Below are positions 1-12,080 of a stretch of 64,000 bases of DNA, in pieces (the first letter of the stretch is position 1; every line of letters starts with the position of its first letter). Under the pieces are notes generated by a model. That model searched no databases. It was not told the origin of the DNA and saw only the letters and a list, made by a program, of their open reading frames with translations. This DNA is from Octopus sinensis (lineage: Eukaryota), in assembly GCF_006345805.1 (NCBI RefSeq), contig NC_043008.1, forward strand, positions 8,804,001 to 8,868,000, in the 5' to 3' direction. The translations under genes and the position numbers were made by a program.

Positions 1-1226
1 GGGAAGTTCATAGGCTGACTATGAAGGAGTGATGCTAGAGCTGTGAACTTTTGCATGTGTTAATTTGAACCCTTCTTGCTTATTGTTTCATTATTTCATT
101 CCAGGTAAACTGAAGTATAACTGTTCAAAGAAGACTTCAAATTCCACCAGTAGCGATTTTTCTTGAAAATGGACAAAATGTGGAATCGTGGTGCTATCAC
201 GTACCTGCAGAGAAAGGGTTTAGCCCCAAATGATATTCATGTTGATATGGTTGCTACATTAGGAGATGAAGCTCCAAATTTATCAACAGTGTAAATTTGG
301 GCGGCTGGATTTAGGAAGAAAAGGGAGAGACTTGAAAATGATCCAACGTCTCGAAGTCCTGAAACTGGCACCATATGCTGAGGAATGACAGGCGATTAGC
401 TATAAATCAAAATAGCCAATACTATTAGGATATCCATTGAGCAAGTTGAGAATATTCTGCACAATGAACTTGACATGACGAAGGTTTCTGCTAGGTCGAT
501 GCCTCGACTTCTAAGACCAGATATAAAGAGCACCAGGCGTATCACATGAGAGTAAAGTCTAATATTGTGTCAGGCAGATCCGGCTGGTTAACCCTGAACG
601 TTTCTTTACTCAGGATTAGAGTTGAGTTCATAACTTTGTGGCAGAGGTGAAGAGACAATCCATGCAGTGTAAAAATCCCTTCTCACTTGCTCCAAAGCCA
701 AGGTCGCTTCATCTGCAGGGAAAGTGATGGCCTACATTTTTCGATACAAAAGGCATTGTGTTTATTGACTATCTTCAAAAGAGCCACACCTTCAATGGAG
801 AGTAACATGCCAACTTGCTGAAGCCCTTGTGTGGCTATCAAGACCAAACACCCAGAAAAACTGACGAAAAGGTTCTTGTTTCACTATGAAAATTATCCAG
901 CTTACAAGTTCTTTCAATGGCTAGTGTGCGTCTGTGGCTTTGAACCCTGCCAGTTCTTCTATTTTGGCTCCCATCTGACTATCATCTCAAACATATAAAA
1001 AGAAACACTTGGCTGAGAACCAATAACGACGTAATGATGACCTCATGTTATTGATTACTTTTTTTACTAACAGGATGGAAGCTTCTTCACCAATGGGATC
1101 GAAGCACTGCAACACCGATTGAAGGGGTGTGCAGATCAAAAGGGGGTCAATGTATAAAAATAAACTTAATTTGGTCGCAGTCCATGAGAGTCTTGGTTAG
1201 CCTATGAACTTTTCAGCCAACCTTTG
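1..1226 (+). mobile_element. Mariner (Tc1/mariner) DNA transposon, degenerate; left TIR cut by window edge
   Basis: Window starts with aagttcataggctg, the inverse of the right end cctatgaacttttcagccaacctttg, which is followed by TA (1227-1228). The interior translates to mariner transposase. Confidence 0.9.
169..1163 (+). pseudogene. Mariner transposase pseudogene
   Basis: Manual translation MDKMWNRGAITYLQRKGLAPNDIHVDMVATLGDEAPNLSTV*...ENDPTSRSPET (mariner HTH), with a mariner-like C-terminus (EALQHR...). Many stops and frameshifts. Confidence 0.85.
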
Positions 1227-2766
1227 TATACCTTCAGCTGTCAATGTGCTTTCGACTCTGCATTTAACACAACCTGTACTGATATAAGGTAGCACGGAGC
1301 ACATGCCTAATCACACCATGTGTTACAAACATCAGTATTAAATATCAAACGGTAGTTTCTTTAGTTGATGCGAAGTCATTAGCTTTACGTTCTCTTCTAA
1401 ACTTCCTGTTAGAGAAAAAAAAAACAGGAAGTTGACAGCACAAATAAAACATCAGAATAGACAAGAAGAACTCTGGTTAACTACGATAGAACAAAAACAT
1501 AGAAACAAGCGAAAATGGGGAAAAAATAGAAAACGGATGCATAAAACACGAAAAGCATTCAGTTTTCTGTTTTGTTCCCTTGAGAAAATAATGTGCAGGA
1601 AATACATGCAATACAAATAACAATAATCCAAAAGAAAACATTTATTTGTTCGGTACAATCAATCTCTCATCATCAACCTCTATCGTTCTCTTATTCGTGT
1701 AACAAAACGTAGACAATCTACTCTCCAACGTCAACATTGAAATCCCTTCGCTAATCTGTTAAGACAATTTACAGGCAATCTGCCATCTTTTCAAACGTTT
1801 GTTTATTTTTTTATAGTCTTTCTGCCAACTCTCGTCATATATACTAACACTAAATGTTGTTTTTTTATTAGCGCGTGTGACAATAGAGTGAGTGTATTTT
1901 AAAACAAGATGAACGAAATTTACTTTCAGAGTTCAAATCTCACCCAGTTCTAATTTTGTTTGGTTTTCTATTATCATGAAAAGGATAAAATAAAAACCGG
2001 TCTAATATCGAGATTATTGTAACTGGCACCTTTCCACACACCAACATGCTGGATTATTTGAGAAATCATTTAGTTATAATTAATTTGTGAGTGGTAAGCG
2101 TACAATATATTCTGTATAATCGTATAGAGTGCATGTTATAAACTTACATGGAAGATCAAATATTGTAGGAGTGTTTGAAATAAAAACGATAAAACAATAG
2201 CAGCTTACAAGAAACAACAAAAGGAAGTAACATCGCTCAAGGAAATACAAAATACTTTCCCATTAGGTCAATCCTACTCGTGCTCAAAGATCAGAGAAAT
2301 TTTACTAGTGTTACATTAAATGAAATAATTCAGATGAAAATACCTGAAGAAAATAGTCATAAACCTTCTTATAATAATAAATAAGATGTAAATATATATT
2401 TGAACGCTTATGTATGGACAGAGAACATAACTACAAGTGAATACACATGTGTATGTACATCAACACACGTCTGAATTGCGAAACTCAAACCTTTCTAAAA
2501 CAACACAGCCACTCTAACCATTGATCCCGGTTGACTTCGAGACGCATATACCTAGTAGATGTCCAAGATACCCGCTGACACTCGCTCACGGCCAACACAT
2601 TTATAACTTGTGATGTGAAGCCGCCGAGCAGGTGACTTTTTCTGATGTATCCGATGTTGGTGGAACAAAGAGAAAGCTGAGAAGAAGCGTTGTCTTATCC
2701 CTGTGCACAGACGTACGATTCATCCTCTCGGTTATGTGTAGATGTTTCCACTAGTAGATAGTTATA

Positions 2767-2950
2767 TACTCTTTACTCTTTTACTTATTTCAGTCATTTG
2801 ACTGTGGCCATGATGGAGCACCGCCTTTAGTAGAGCAAATCAACCCCAGGACTTATTCTTTGTAAGCTTAGTACTTATTTTATCGGTTTCTTTTGCCGAA
2901 CCGCTAAGTTACGGGGACGTAAACACACCAGCATCGGTTGTCAAGTGATG
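2767..2950 (-). mobile_element. SINE family A (CORE-like), 3' segment of a thrice-split copy
   Basis: Reverse complement of the 3' half of the copy at 2982-3377; matches 29945-30135. Confidence 0.85.
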
Positions 2951-2981
2951 TTAGGGGACATACAACTGTTCACATAGATTC

Positions 2982-3377
2982 AGGTGCAGGAGTGGCTGTG
3001 TGGTAAGTAGCTTGTTTACCAACCACATGGTTCCGGGTTCAGTCCCACTGCGTGGCACCTTGGGCAAGTGTCTTCTACTATAGCCTCGGGCCGAATAAAG
3101 CCTTGTGAGTGGATTTGGTAGACGGAAACTGAAAGAAGCCCGTCGTATACATATATATGCGTGTGTGTGTTTGTGTGCCTGCGTTTGTCCCCCTAGCATT
3201 GCTTGACAACCGATGGTGGTGTGTTTATGTCCCCGTTACCTAGCGGTTCTGCAAAAGTGACAGATAAATAAGTACTGGGGTAACAAAAGAATAAGTGCCG
3301 GGGTCGAGTTGCTCGATTAAAGGCGGTTTTCCAGCATGGCCGCAGTCAAATGACTGAAACAAGTAAAAGAGAAAGAG
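2982..3377 (+). mobile_element. SINE family A, full length, nested in another family A copy
   Basis: tRNA-like head (ggctgtgtggtaag...ggttcagtccc), ccttgggcaagtgtctt core, internal (TG)n and tail gactgaaacaagtaaaagag. Confidence 0.9.
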
Positions 3378-3411
3378 TATACATATATATATATATATAT
3401 ATATAATATAT

Positions 3412-3447
<36 letters not shown>

Positions 3448-3449
<2 letters not shown>

Positions 3450-3590
3450 CGACGAGCTTCTTTCAGTTTCCGTCTACCAACTGCACTCACAAGGCTTTGT
3501 TCGGCCCGAGGCTATAGTAGAAGACACTTGCCGAAGATGCCACCCAGTGGAACTGAACCCGGAATCTTGTGGTTGGTTAGCAAGCTACTT
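3448..3590 (-). mobile_element. SINE family A, middle segment of the split copy
   Basis: Reverse complement of the 5' half of 2982-3377; stops at gcaagctactt and resumes at 5645. Confidence 0.85.
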
Positions 3591-5644
3591 TATTTTATAT
3601 AATTTGCCACTAGGGCAGCACACAGAGTAGCTGCGGGCTGGACAAGGACATTAATGGATGATGGTGGTGGTGGATGACTATGGTGATGGGAGAAGTCAGA
3701 AAGCGCCCGCCGACTTTTGCTTCTCTAAAACAATGTTCTTTTTTTTTCAATAATTTACAAAATTTCAAAAATTACAAAAAATTCGAAAAATGTTCACAAA
3801 AATTTCAATTTACAATTTACACTTTTAAAAGTCTCTTCAGAGGCAATAAACCTCTGTCACAATGTAACACAATTACAATTTTACGTTACCCGACCGATGA
3901 ACTCTCTTGCTTTAATGACGCAATCGTCCATCGTCAGGCTTCCGCATACAGGTATGACTTGCAAGAGATCCTCCGGGAAAGAATTCTCGATCCTGCACAT
4001 ATCATTTTCGAGTAGGACCTCCGCAGCCAGCTGCGAAGGCCACTCGGGATACTCCATGCAGGACCGAAGTCCCTCCCATTGGTTTCTCTTCCTCCTCTTA
4101 CGTATTTCATTTTCTACAGTGCCTCCTTTATGGAAGAGGACTACATAAATTTCTCCGGCATCACAACGCCGGAGGACACATGGGAAGACGCCCTCTGGGT
4201 GTTACAGTCCGCTGGTGGCGTACCGTTCCTCTTTTTCTTTTTCTTTTTACGCTGGGCCTCGGGAGGTTGAGGTTCCGGTGCTATACGCACCGGGTCCTCT
4301 TTTTCTTCCGCAGCCTCCGGTTCCTTTGGTGGGTCGCCATTGCTCCCCACTCTTCTTTTTCTTTTGGAGGAGGATTTTCCCCCTCCTCACTTTGTTTCTC
4401 TCTCTCCATTGGTGGGGCAGGGAGAGGCTCTGATATTAACTTCTCCAGGATCCTACTCTGGTTCCTGGGGCAGTTTTTCTTAATGTGGCCGGTCTCCGAA
4501 CACAGGTGGCACTTGGGGGCGCGTCCCTCAAGTATTACCGGATACTTGGACCCGGCCATCTTCAAGAAGTCCGGCAAAACCAGACTCTTGGCCGACTGGG
4601 TCCATAGAGTCAAAATAGCCTTTGCCCCTTCCCAGTCAGCCGCAGGCTGTATCTTCACGTTCGGGATCTTGGCGCTACCGCCACTCAGACCCCGGCGGAT
4701 GGAATCTTCCACCCACTCGGGCTCAAAGCCGGGCGGCAGGCCGCAGACCCATTATCGTATCAATTTTTCCCCCTTATAGCTTGGGAGAAACAGAATCTCT
4801 TCGCCCTCAATGGGCTTACTCGCGAAATCGCAAGCTGCTTTAGGGGAGTCAAACAGCAACCAAATCGTTGCGTATTTGGCTCCCCGTTGAATATATTTAA
4901 CGGCTGGCATATAATCTGCCAGCTCGTTCATAATGGTGGCTTTTGGGAAAACCATTATGGTATCGAGCGACCTCGAATATGTCCTCAACACCACGGTTCT
5001 GTCCTCGAGCTACTTTAAGTACTTTTTGGGAGGTGTCAATTCCCACACAGTGAAATTCCTTGCCATAACTTAAGAAAAACAGTTCAAAATGTTACAAAAT
5101 AAATTAGACACAGAAAGGAGAATGAAAAAAAGCAACAGAGGGGAAGAAATAGAATTAAAATGGCAGTTCAAAAAAGGTTCTTTTTTTTTTACAAATGAAT
5201 GATAGACGGAGAAAGAGAGTTCAAATTCAGACAAAGGAATTAATTTTTCTTTTTTTTTTTTTGTTCACTTTTTCGGCCAAAAATTGTATTCCAGGCCAAA
5301 TACACTGTTGGTAAAACACCTTGGTAAAATAATCCTTGGTAAATCCCGTGTATAACACAACGACAATTTCAAAAATAATTTTTGCAGACGGACTACGCCA
5401 TCTCAAAAACACAATTTTCTTCACACCCGACAACAGGCAGAAAAATTATATCCGGAGCAAAGTGGAGCCTTATTATCTGCTAAAAAATATTTAATGCTAA
5501 AAAACATTAATGCAAGTAATAAAACTTCACTTCGCTCGCAAAAATACAAAATTCCTACCTTTAGTCGAGTCTCAAGATTCAATATTTCACGTTGAAACAA
5601 CGTGGCATCTGGAACAGCAAAATAACACGTTCGAACAGTTCAGA
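3591..5644 (-). mobile_element. ORF1-only non-LTR retroelement (HAL1-like, L1/Tx1-related)
   Basis: Flanked by a 16-bp TSD ggttagc[a/g]agctactt (3575-3590, 5645-5660). ~580-nt 5' UTR, one disrupted ORF, ~290-nt 3' UTR and an A-rich end. No RT or endonuclease sequence seen. Confidence 0.8.
3881..5066 (-). pseudogene. Gag-like/ORF1 nucleic-acid-binding protein (~390 aa) with CCHC zinc knuckle, disrupted
   Basis: ATG at 5066 is in frame with track ORFs 4752-4994 and 4281-4712 (CHLCSETGHIKKNC = CX2CX4HX4C). It continues via frameshifts through 4141-4350 to ...KAREFIGRVT* at 3881. About 3 in-frame stops and 2 frameshifts. Confidence 0.8.
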
Positions 5645-5686
5645 GGTTAGCGAGCTACTTACCACACGGCCACTCCTGCGCCTATA
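5645..5686 (-). mobile_element. SINE family A, 5' head of the split copy
   Basis: Reverse complement reads aggcgcaggagtggccgtgtggtaagtagctcgctaacc. Confidence 0.8.
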
Positions 5687-6389
5687 TATTCTTTATAAAT
5701 TCTTTTCTTAATTGTCTCTGCAACATCTTGTTTCTTGAATTTTTTCTCGCCGTTTGTATTTCAATAGTTTTATTTAAAGATGAATTTGACAGTTTGTAAT
5801 TTTTTTTTTGGGGGGGGGGGCGATAAGATGTTGCTGTTCTTGTTCTTACTGCGTTTGACATTCTTTCCTTTACTTTGGTTGTCATTGTCCATAATGCTGA
5901 TGTCGGGATGGGTGTTGGTGATAGTAGTCGCATTGTTGTTAAAATTTAATCTTTATTTTGTTGCTGTTCTTATTGTTATAGATGTTCGTTATTTTTATCA
6001 CCGTCACCTATTGCATTGATATCAATGGTAGTGATGCTGCTGCGACTGCTGCTGCTGCTGCTCCTTTCACTTACAGTCACTCTTATGTTGGTGTAGGAGG
6101 TTTTAAGTCTGTCGTTTCAAATACTCATTAAATCTTTCCGGTACTCCGTCGAAAATGTCGATACCGTGACTTTTTTTCATTAGAGGATTATGCTTCAGGA
6201 GAAAAATCTTCATCGACATCCTGATCCAGGTTACCTTAGGGAACAAAACTGTGCAAAGAGCTTTTTACCTTAAATATTTTAACCGCAATTAAACCTGACA
6301 AATCTTACGATCAATTTCAGGGATGCCATGCTGATATAAAAACAAAACAAAAACGACGATAACAACTGAAATAATAATAATAATAATAA

Positions 6390-6510
6390 TAAGCCCTTCT
6401 ACTGAAGGTATGTGGCCTAAAATTTGGCGGGGTGGAATAGTCGATTACATCGATCCCAGGGTTTCACTGGTATTTAATTTATCGACCCTGAAAGGATGAA
6501 AGCAAAGTTA
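6390..6510 (-). mobile_element. SINE family B fragment
   Basis: Contains gtcgattacatcgatccc...atcgaccctgaaaggatgaaag, as in 34351-34582. Confidence 0.65.
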
Positions 6511-6546
6511 CAGAGCTTAATTTCCTGACAGACTATTCTGAGTATA

Positions 6547-6707
6547 AATATTTGTATCTCAATTCTCTTTTTCGCATTACGGGTCGGTTAAGATTAGTAC
6601 CTGTTATGTACTTGGGCTGATCCCTTCCCTATATCCCTTTGCGACAAATGTACGTATAAAATGAACTTTGCATTGTGATAAAGAAAAAGTTTCTGAAAAC
6701 AGACTAC
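6547..6707. repeat. ~160-bp direct repeat, left copy
   Basis: About 88-90% identical to 7134-7291 by manual alignment. Confidence 0.9.
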
Positions 6708-7133
6708 GGATCTTTTCGGTTTGAACATAATTTCTAGGTAACTAAAACATTTTAAACTTCGTATACTGGTAGAATGTGTTTATAAAACATCTTTTTCTCT
6801 TGGCTTTATTGAGAAAATTCTCTAGTTTGTAAGATATTTGATGTTGTTTTTTCTTCAACTTCTGCAATTTCAACCAATCAGTGACGTCTATTGAGGTAAA
6901 AAAAAACATTCTGTGCCGTATGAATATATCCCTCGTTTAAGAAACAGATTGGGTTTATTTACATTTGTGAAGAAAAACAGATACCCTTCCCCTCACCCCT
7001 AACACTAACCCTAAGCTTAACCCTAACCCTAAAACAGATTGAAATGCAATAGATCGGTACTAGGGTCATAATTATGGGTGACAATTTCATATGACACCGC
7101 TAGAAAAAACTGCCGTTCAAACCGAAAAGATCC
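6708..7133. mobile_element. Non-autonomous DNA transposon (MITE) with perfect 19-bp TIRs
   Basis: ggatcttttcggtttgaac (6708-6726) and gttcaaaccgaaaagatcc (7115-7133). Non-coding interior with a short taaccc-like tract. Confidence 0.85.
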
Positions 7134-7291
7134 AATATTTGTATCTCACTTCTCTTTTTCGTATTACGAGTCCGTTAAGATTAGTACCTGTTATGTACTT
7201 GGGTTCATCATTTCCCTGTATCCCTCTATGACAAATGTACGTATAAAATGAACTTTGCACTGTGATAAAAAAAGTTTCTGAAAATGATTAC
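7134..7291. repeat. ~160-bp direct repeat, right copy
   Basis: Starts aatatttgtatctc immediately after the right TIR. Confidence 0.9.
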
Positions 7292-8059
7292 TAAAAATCA
7301 AGAAGAAAAATTTAATTAATACATTTCAGTAATAGGCAATCATAACTTATATAACTTTTGCAACGAGTGTAGCGACTTAAGAGAAAGGAATTATAAACAA
7401 GAGTCAAAACCGTTCAGTATATGACGTGTTGCATTTCTTGTATAAAACAGTTCTTTGTGATTGGATTAGATACACTACAGACAAAATGGAAAAATAATTT
7501 CATGATTACCGTAATCTATGACTGTAGTTCAAAGTTTGTTCAGCATTTTGATTATATTTCCAGGTTAATTTTGTTAGCATATGTGATATCTTGTAATTTT
7601 CAACAGTGTCTTCCAAAATTCAACTTGTAAATTTCCGCAGTCGTCTTCCAGAGACATTAAACACAGGAGATATTGGTTAATTATTCGTTCAGATAATGTG
7701 AAATATTTCCTAACTGGAGACAAAGAACAATAAAGACTTCGTAGTGTTTGTCAATTGTTTACATTACAAATAAGTATTGATAATATTTTTTTTTAGTACG
7801 TGTGTTTTAAATATATTTATAAAATGGTTATAGCAGTTATTTCTAAAAGCGATGTGCTAGTTGATACTGCAGAAGAGAAATCTAGAAAAAAATAACAATA
7901 TATAGATTTTTTTAGCTTCTTTTATTTTACATAAAATAATCACATAAAAAGATAACATGTCTAAGTAAGTTCGACGTTTGTTTAAAATGATATTATTAAG
8001 AAAACAAAGTATTATTTTCAATGTTTGTTTGTCATTTTTTCTTGCGTCAACATTATAAA

Positions 8060-8203
8060 TATTTATATATATATGTGTGGTGTGTGTGTATGTGTGTGTG
8101 TGTAAGTGTGTGTCAATGTATGTATGTATATATATATATATATATATATATGTACATATATATATATATACATGCATATACATACACACACACATATATG
8201 TGT

Positions 8204-8254
<51 letters not shown>

Positions 8255-8276
8255 ATGTGTGTGTATATATATATTA
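8060..8276. repeat. Compound (TA)n/(TG)n microsatellite
   Basis: Direct reading. Confidence 0.95.
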
Positions 8277-9123
8277 GTGTAGATTTGGTGAAAAAAACTA
8301 TTCAGTGTTTCAGATAAATATTTTTATAACATATTATTTTTTATTAAACAAATAGCTTCAAATAAACAAATGTTCATATTGATGTTTTAGAAATTCCACA
8401 ATAGCTTTCAACCCTAGATGATACGTAATACCCCGTGTGACTCGAATGTCCATTGTTGCCACCTGCTGTGTGTTCACGGTAAAGGTATTTATCTCTAATC
8501 TGCATACCGGTTCAATCAGTACAACAGTTCATCTTTGCATGCTGCCTGAATATGATATAATTATGACGTCTCACGAAGCTTGTAAGGATTAGTATAAAAG
8601 TTATACGTTCACTTACGATCTGTCTTACACGGCTGACGCAAAACATGAGACTTCAGGTGATAAGTCTTCGCTTAACTGAATCAGATTTGAAAGTGTGATG
8701 GTTGGTAAACTGTATTGCCTGATATACTTACTCTGAAGAAGTATTTAAAGAAATTCAACCAACCTTACTAAATACTTATCACAACATTGATACACTGACT
8801 GAGCAAAATTATAAAACCACATGAATACATATATAAACATGTGCACACATATACATGCATACACATATGCAGATACATAGATGCATACGCACACATGCAT
8901 ATATTTTGGGAGCGAAAAGGAATCTGAATGAGAGAAAATATTTTGTAAGTTGGTGGCAAATGGAATTTTATAACTACAGTGACACAGAATCTGTAGATCC
9001 AGTGCAGAAAAACTGGCATTAAAGTTACCATAATTACGAATTCCCAATGTTGATGGGAAGATACTGCAGACTCACTGGGCATTTAACAAGAGGTAAAATA
9101 GTTACCCATAATGTTGTACACGT

Positions 9124-9254
9124 TATTATCATTATTATTATCATTATTATTATTATCATTATTATTATCATTATTATATTATTATTATTATTATTATTAA
9201 GTCAGGCACTCACGTCTTTGTATCAGGGGGTGGGTAGTAGACAGTGGTATCATT

Positions 9255-9286
<32 letters not shown>

Positions 9287-9305
9287 TATTATTATTATTA
9301 TTATT
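9124..9305. repeat. (ATT)n/(ATC)n microsatellites
   Basis: Direct reading. Confidence 0.95.
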
Positions 9306-9459
9306 ACCATTCAGTTTCTCGTAAATATCGGTTGAAGTGACTAATATGTGCCCTTTGTATATCTATAGCAACATTTCATGCGAAACTTTTCCCCTCTGTA
9401 TAGAACATGTGTGTATCACGGAAAATTAACCACTCTTCACTTACAGAAGCGAATCGCAC

Positions 9460-9585
9460 GCGCACACACACACAAACACACACGCGCGCGCGCGCGCGCA
9501 AAACACACACACACACACAAACACACACACAATCACACACATACACACACGCAGAGATGGATGGAAGGCTGACTGGCTGGCTGGC

Positions 9586-9616
<31 letters not shown>

Positions 9617-9632
9617 ATGGATGGATGAATGG
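9460..9632. repeat. Compound (CA)n/(CG)n/(GGAT)n microsatellite
   Basis: Direct reading. Confidence 0.9.
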
Positions 9633-10891
9633 ATGGATATACATACACTCATACATATGTATTTCTGTGTGTGTGTTAACTAAATGGACCTTGACGTTGA
9701 GAGATGAGTAAACTTCACTCGTCATTTAACACAATAACTGTCACGGCATCTGAATCGGACTCAATCTTAAATCGTTCAATACCTCATCAACTCTATTGTT
9801 CTGTGCGTCATCCATTCGCTGGTCCAAAAGCAACCGGATAAAAATTCAGTATACTAAATTAAATTTGTTACATAAAATCAATAATTCGGATTGAAAAAGA
9901 ATAAAGGCAATGCTTCGGAATATAACTTTGCGATACAATCAGTGTTTTGACACAACATAAGTGGCAATAAAAACACTAGCTTTGTTATCAAAGTGGATAA
10001 TTGTATTACCAGTTCTTACCAATTTCCAGGCAAAGCCACCATTTTCTCTAGAAAAGTTATATATATATATGTATGTTGTGTACAAGTTCACGCAAATAAA
10101 CCTATATTTTGGGATGTTTATCTATTTTAAATGCAACAGAAAGGGGTTGATTTCCCGAGATATTGTTACTTGAAAGTTTTATTAAGTTTGTGAGGACTTC
10201 AAAAATAGATGTAAAAAATAATATTTCTTGCCTGAGTAAGAATCCAACACTGGTAAATTCTTTTTTACTGGAGTACACAAGTGCTATCTAATTAGTGCTC
10301 AAAGCTATAACAATTCCTGGAAGTTGACAAACCGGAATAAACATACTTTTACATTTTTTAATGCTGGTTCACAAAGCAGAAATGATATTTTCGTTGATCG
10401 GAGAAAAGAAATATATTTACATCGAATCATGAGACAATCGATGTAGGCACAGCAAGCTTGAAAATTGTGTTGACGAGAGAGAAATTTGCCACACTTGATT
10501 ATGGAAGATTGTCATTTTGTTGCTTATATAATTTATAACTTTGAGAAATTCTTCTCTCACATGGTGGGGAACCAAGAATCAATTCATTTCGAAGTACCGT
10601 CGCAAAGGAAATTTATTTTTCCGAAGCATGATTCTACGTCCAGACAGAAGATTTTGCATGGCGTGTCATCTCTGATAGTCTTGCGACTAATTCCGATAGG
10701 TCAAAATTCATTTCTTATCTCTGTATTTCTTTACTTTTCTGTAAATACAAATAATACTTACGACCCCAGCATACAAATAAACATGCACACAAATAAACAG
10801 ATGTATTAACGAATTGATTTACAATGTCTTATAATCTGCATTTCTCTCATATGTCTTGTAATTTGGTTATTATTCTTATATAACGAAGGGT

Positions 10892-11215
10892 GTGGTGCGC
10901 AATAGCCCAGTGGTTAGGGCAACGGACTCGCGGTCGTAGGATCGCGGTTTCGATTCCCAGACCGGGCGTTGTGAATGTTTATTGAGCGAAAACACCTAAA
11001 AAGCTCCACGAGGCTCCGGCAGGGGATGGTGGTGATCCCTGCTGTACTCTTTCACCACAACTTTCTCTCACTCTTACTTCCTGTTTCTGTTGTACCTGTA
11101 TTTCAAAGGGCCGGCCTTGTCACTCTCTGTGTCACGCTGAATATCCCCGAGAACTACGTTAAGGGTACACGTGTCTGTGGAGTGCTTAGCCACATACACG
11201 TTAATTTCACGTTAA
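10892..11215 (+). mobile_element. SINE family C (tRNA-derived head), 3'-truncated
   Basis: Near-identical to 45170-45490; A-box-like tagcccagtgg and B-box-like ggtttcgattcc. Confidence 0.9.
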
Positions 11216-11255
11216 TTTCTTTAATAATAATAATAATAATGATAATAATAATAAT

Positions 11256-11422
11256 CTGTTTTGTCTGGGGAGAATCATTTTCTTTTTGTGCCTTATAATT
11301 TAACACACTCACCGGTAAAATTTCCACTTACTTCTTATTTTTAAGAAATAAGTGGAAATTTTACCGGTGAGTGTCTTAAATTACAAGGCACAAACAGAAA
11401 AGACTCTTGCCAGACACAACAG
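11256..11422. repeat. 167-bp foldback palindrome (82-bp arms, TTTT loop)
   Basis: Arms 11256-11337 and 11342-11422 differ at about 9 positions; flanked by (TAA)n-type tracts. Confidence 0.9.
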
Positions 11423-11483
11423 AGTATGCTTCAACACACGAACTCATATAAAGAATCTTGTAAACCAAATCCAAAAACGAAAA

Positions 11484-11495
11484 ATAATAATAATA

Positions 11496-11527
<32 letters not shown>

Positions 11528-11558
11528 TAATATTATTATTTGTAGTAGTAGTAGTAGT

Positions 11559-11618
<60 letters not shown>
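11484..11618. repeat. Compound trinucleotide microsatellite (TAA/TTA/GTA/GCA)
   Basis: Direct reading. Confidence 0.95.
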
Positions 11619-12080
11619 CCTGAAAGTTACACTCGGAACGTTTAACACGAAATCGATACTTTTGACCTTTTAAAAGTTTAGATATTTAGAAAATGTTATT
11701 GTTAATCGGATAGAAGAGAGAACCAGCTGTGTCTTGGAGAGTTTGTTTTAATCGTAGTTCGAACTCCACAGAGGAGTTTGCATAGCTTTAATGTTAAAAT
11801 TCTACTCGCTCGAGTGTTGAATGCAAATTTTAAAATGACAATCAACAGCTTATTATTTTGAAACAGAATTCCAATACAAAGAGACTGGAGGAGAAAGCAC
11901 GAGAAAGCGTAAAATGTGAACGTATAAAGAGGGAAATGTGGAAATATGGAGGGAAAATGAAAGGGAGGAACATAGCGCAGAAAAGAAAAGACAGGAGGAG
12001 AGAATAAAAAACCGAAAAGAGAAAGAGCGAGAAAGAGAGCAGTAGACAAAATAAACAGCAACACCTGAAAACCAGCATCA

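Noticed and set aside
4180-4779. 199-aa plus-strand ORF
   Set aside because: Antisense shadow of the minus-strand zinc-knuckle ORF.
6995-7032. Telomere-like (TAACCC)n
   Set aside because: Only a few imperfect units, internal to a MITE; not a telomere or fusion site.
6547-7291. LTR retroelement (TRIM) interpretation of the 160-bp direct repeats
   Set aside because: No TG...CA ends and no PBS or PPT; the interior is bounded by perfect TIRs.
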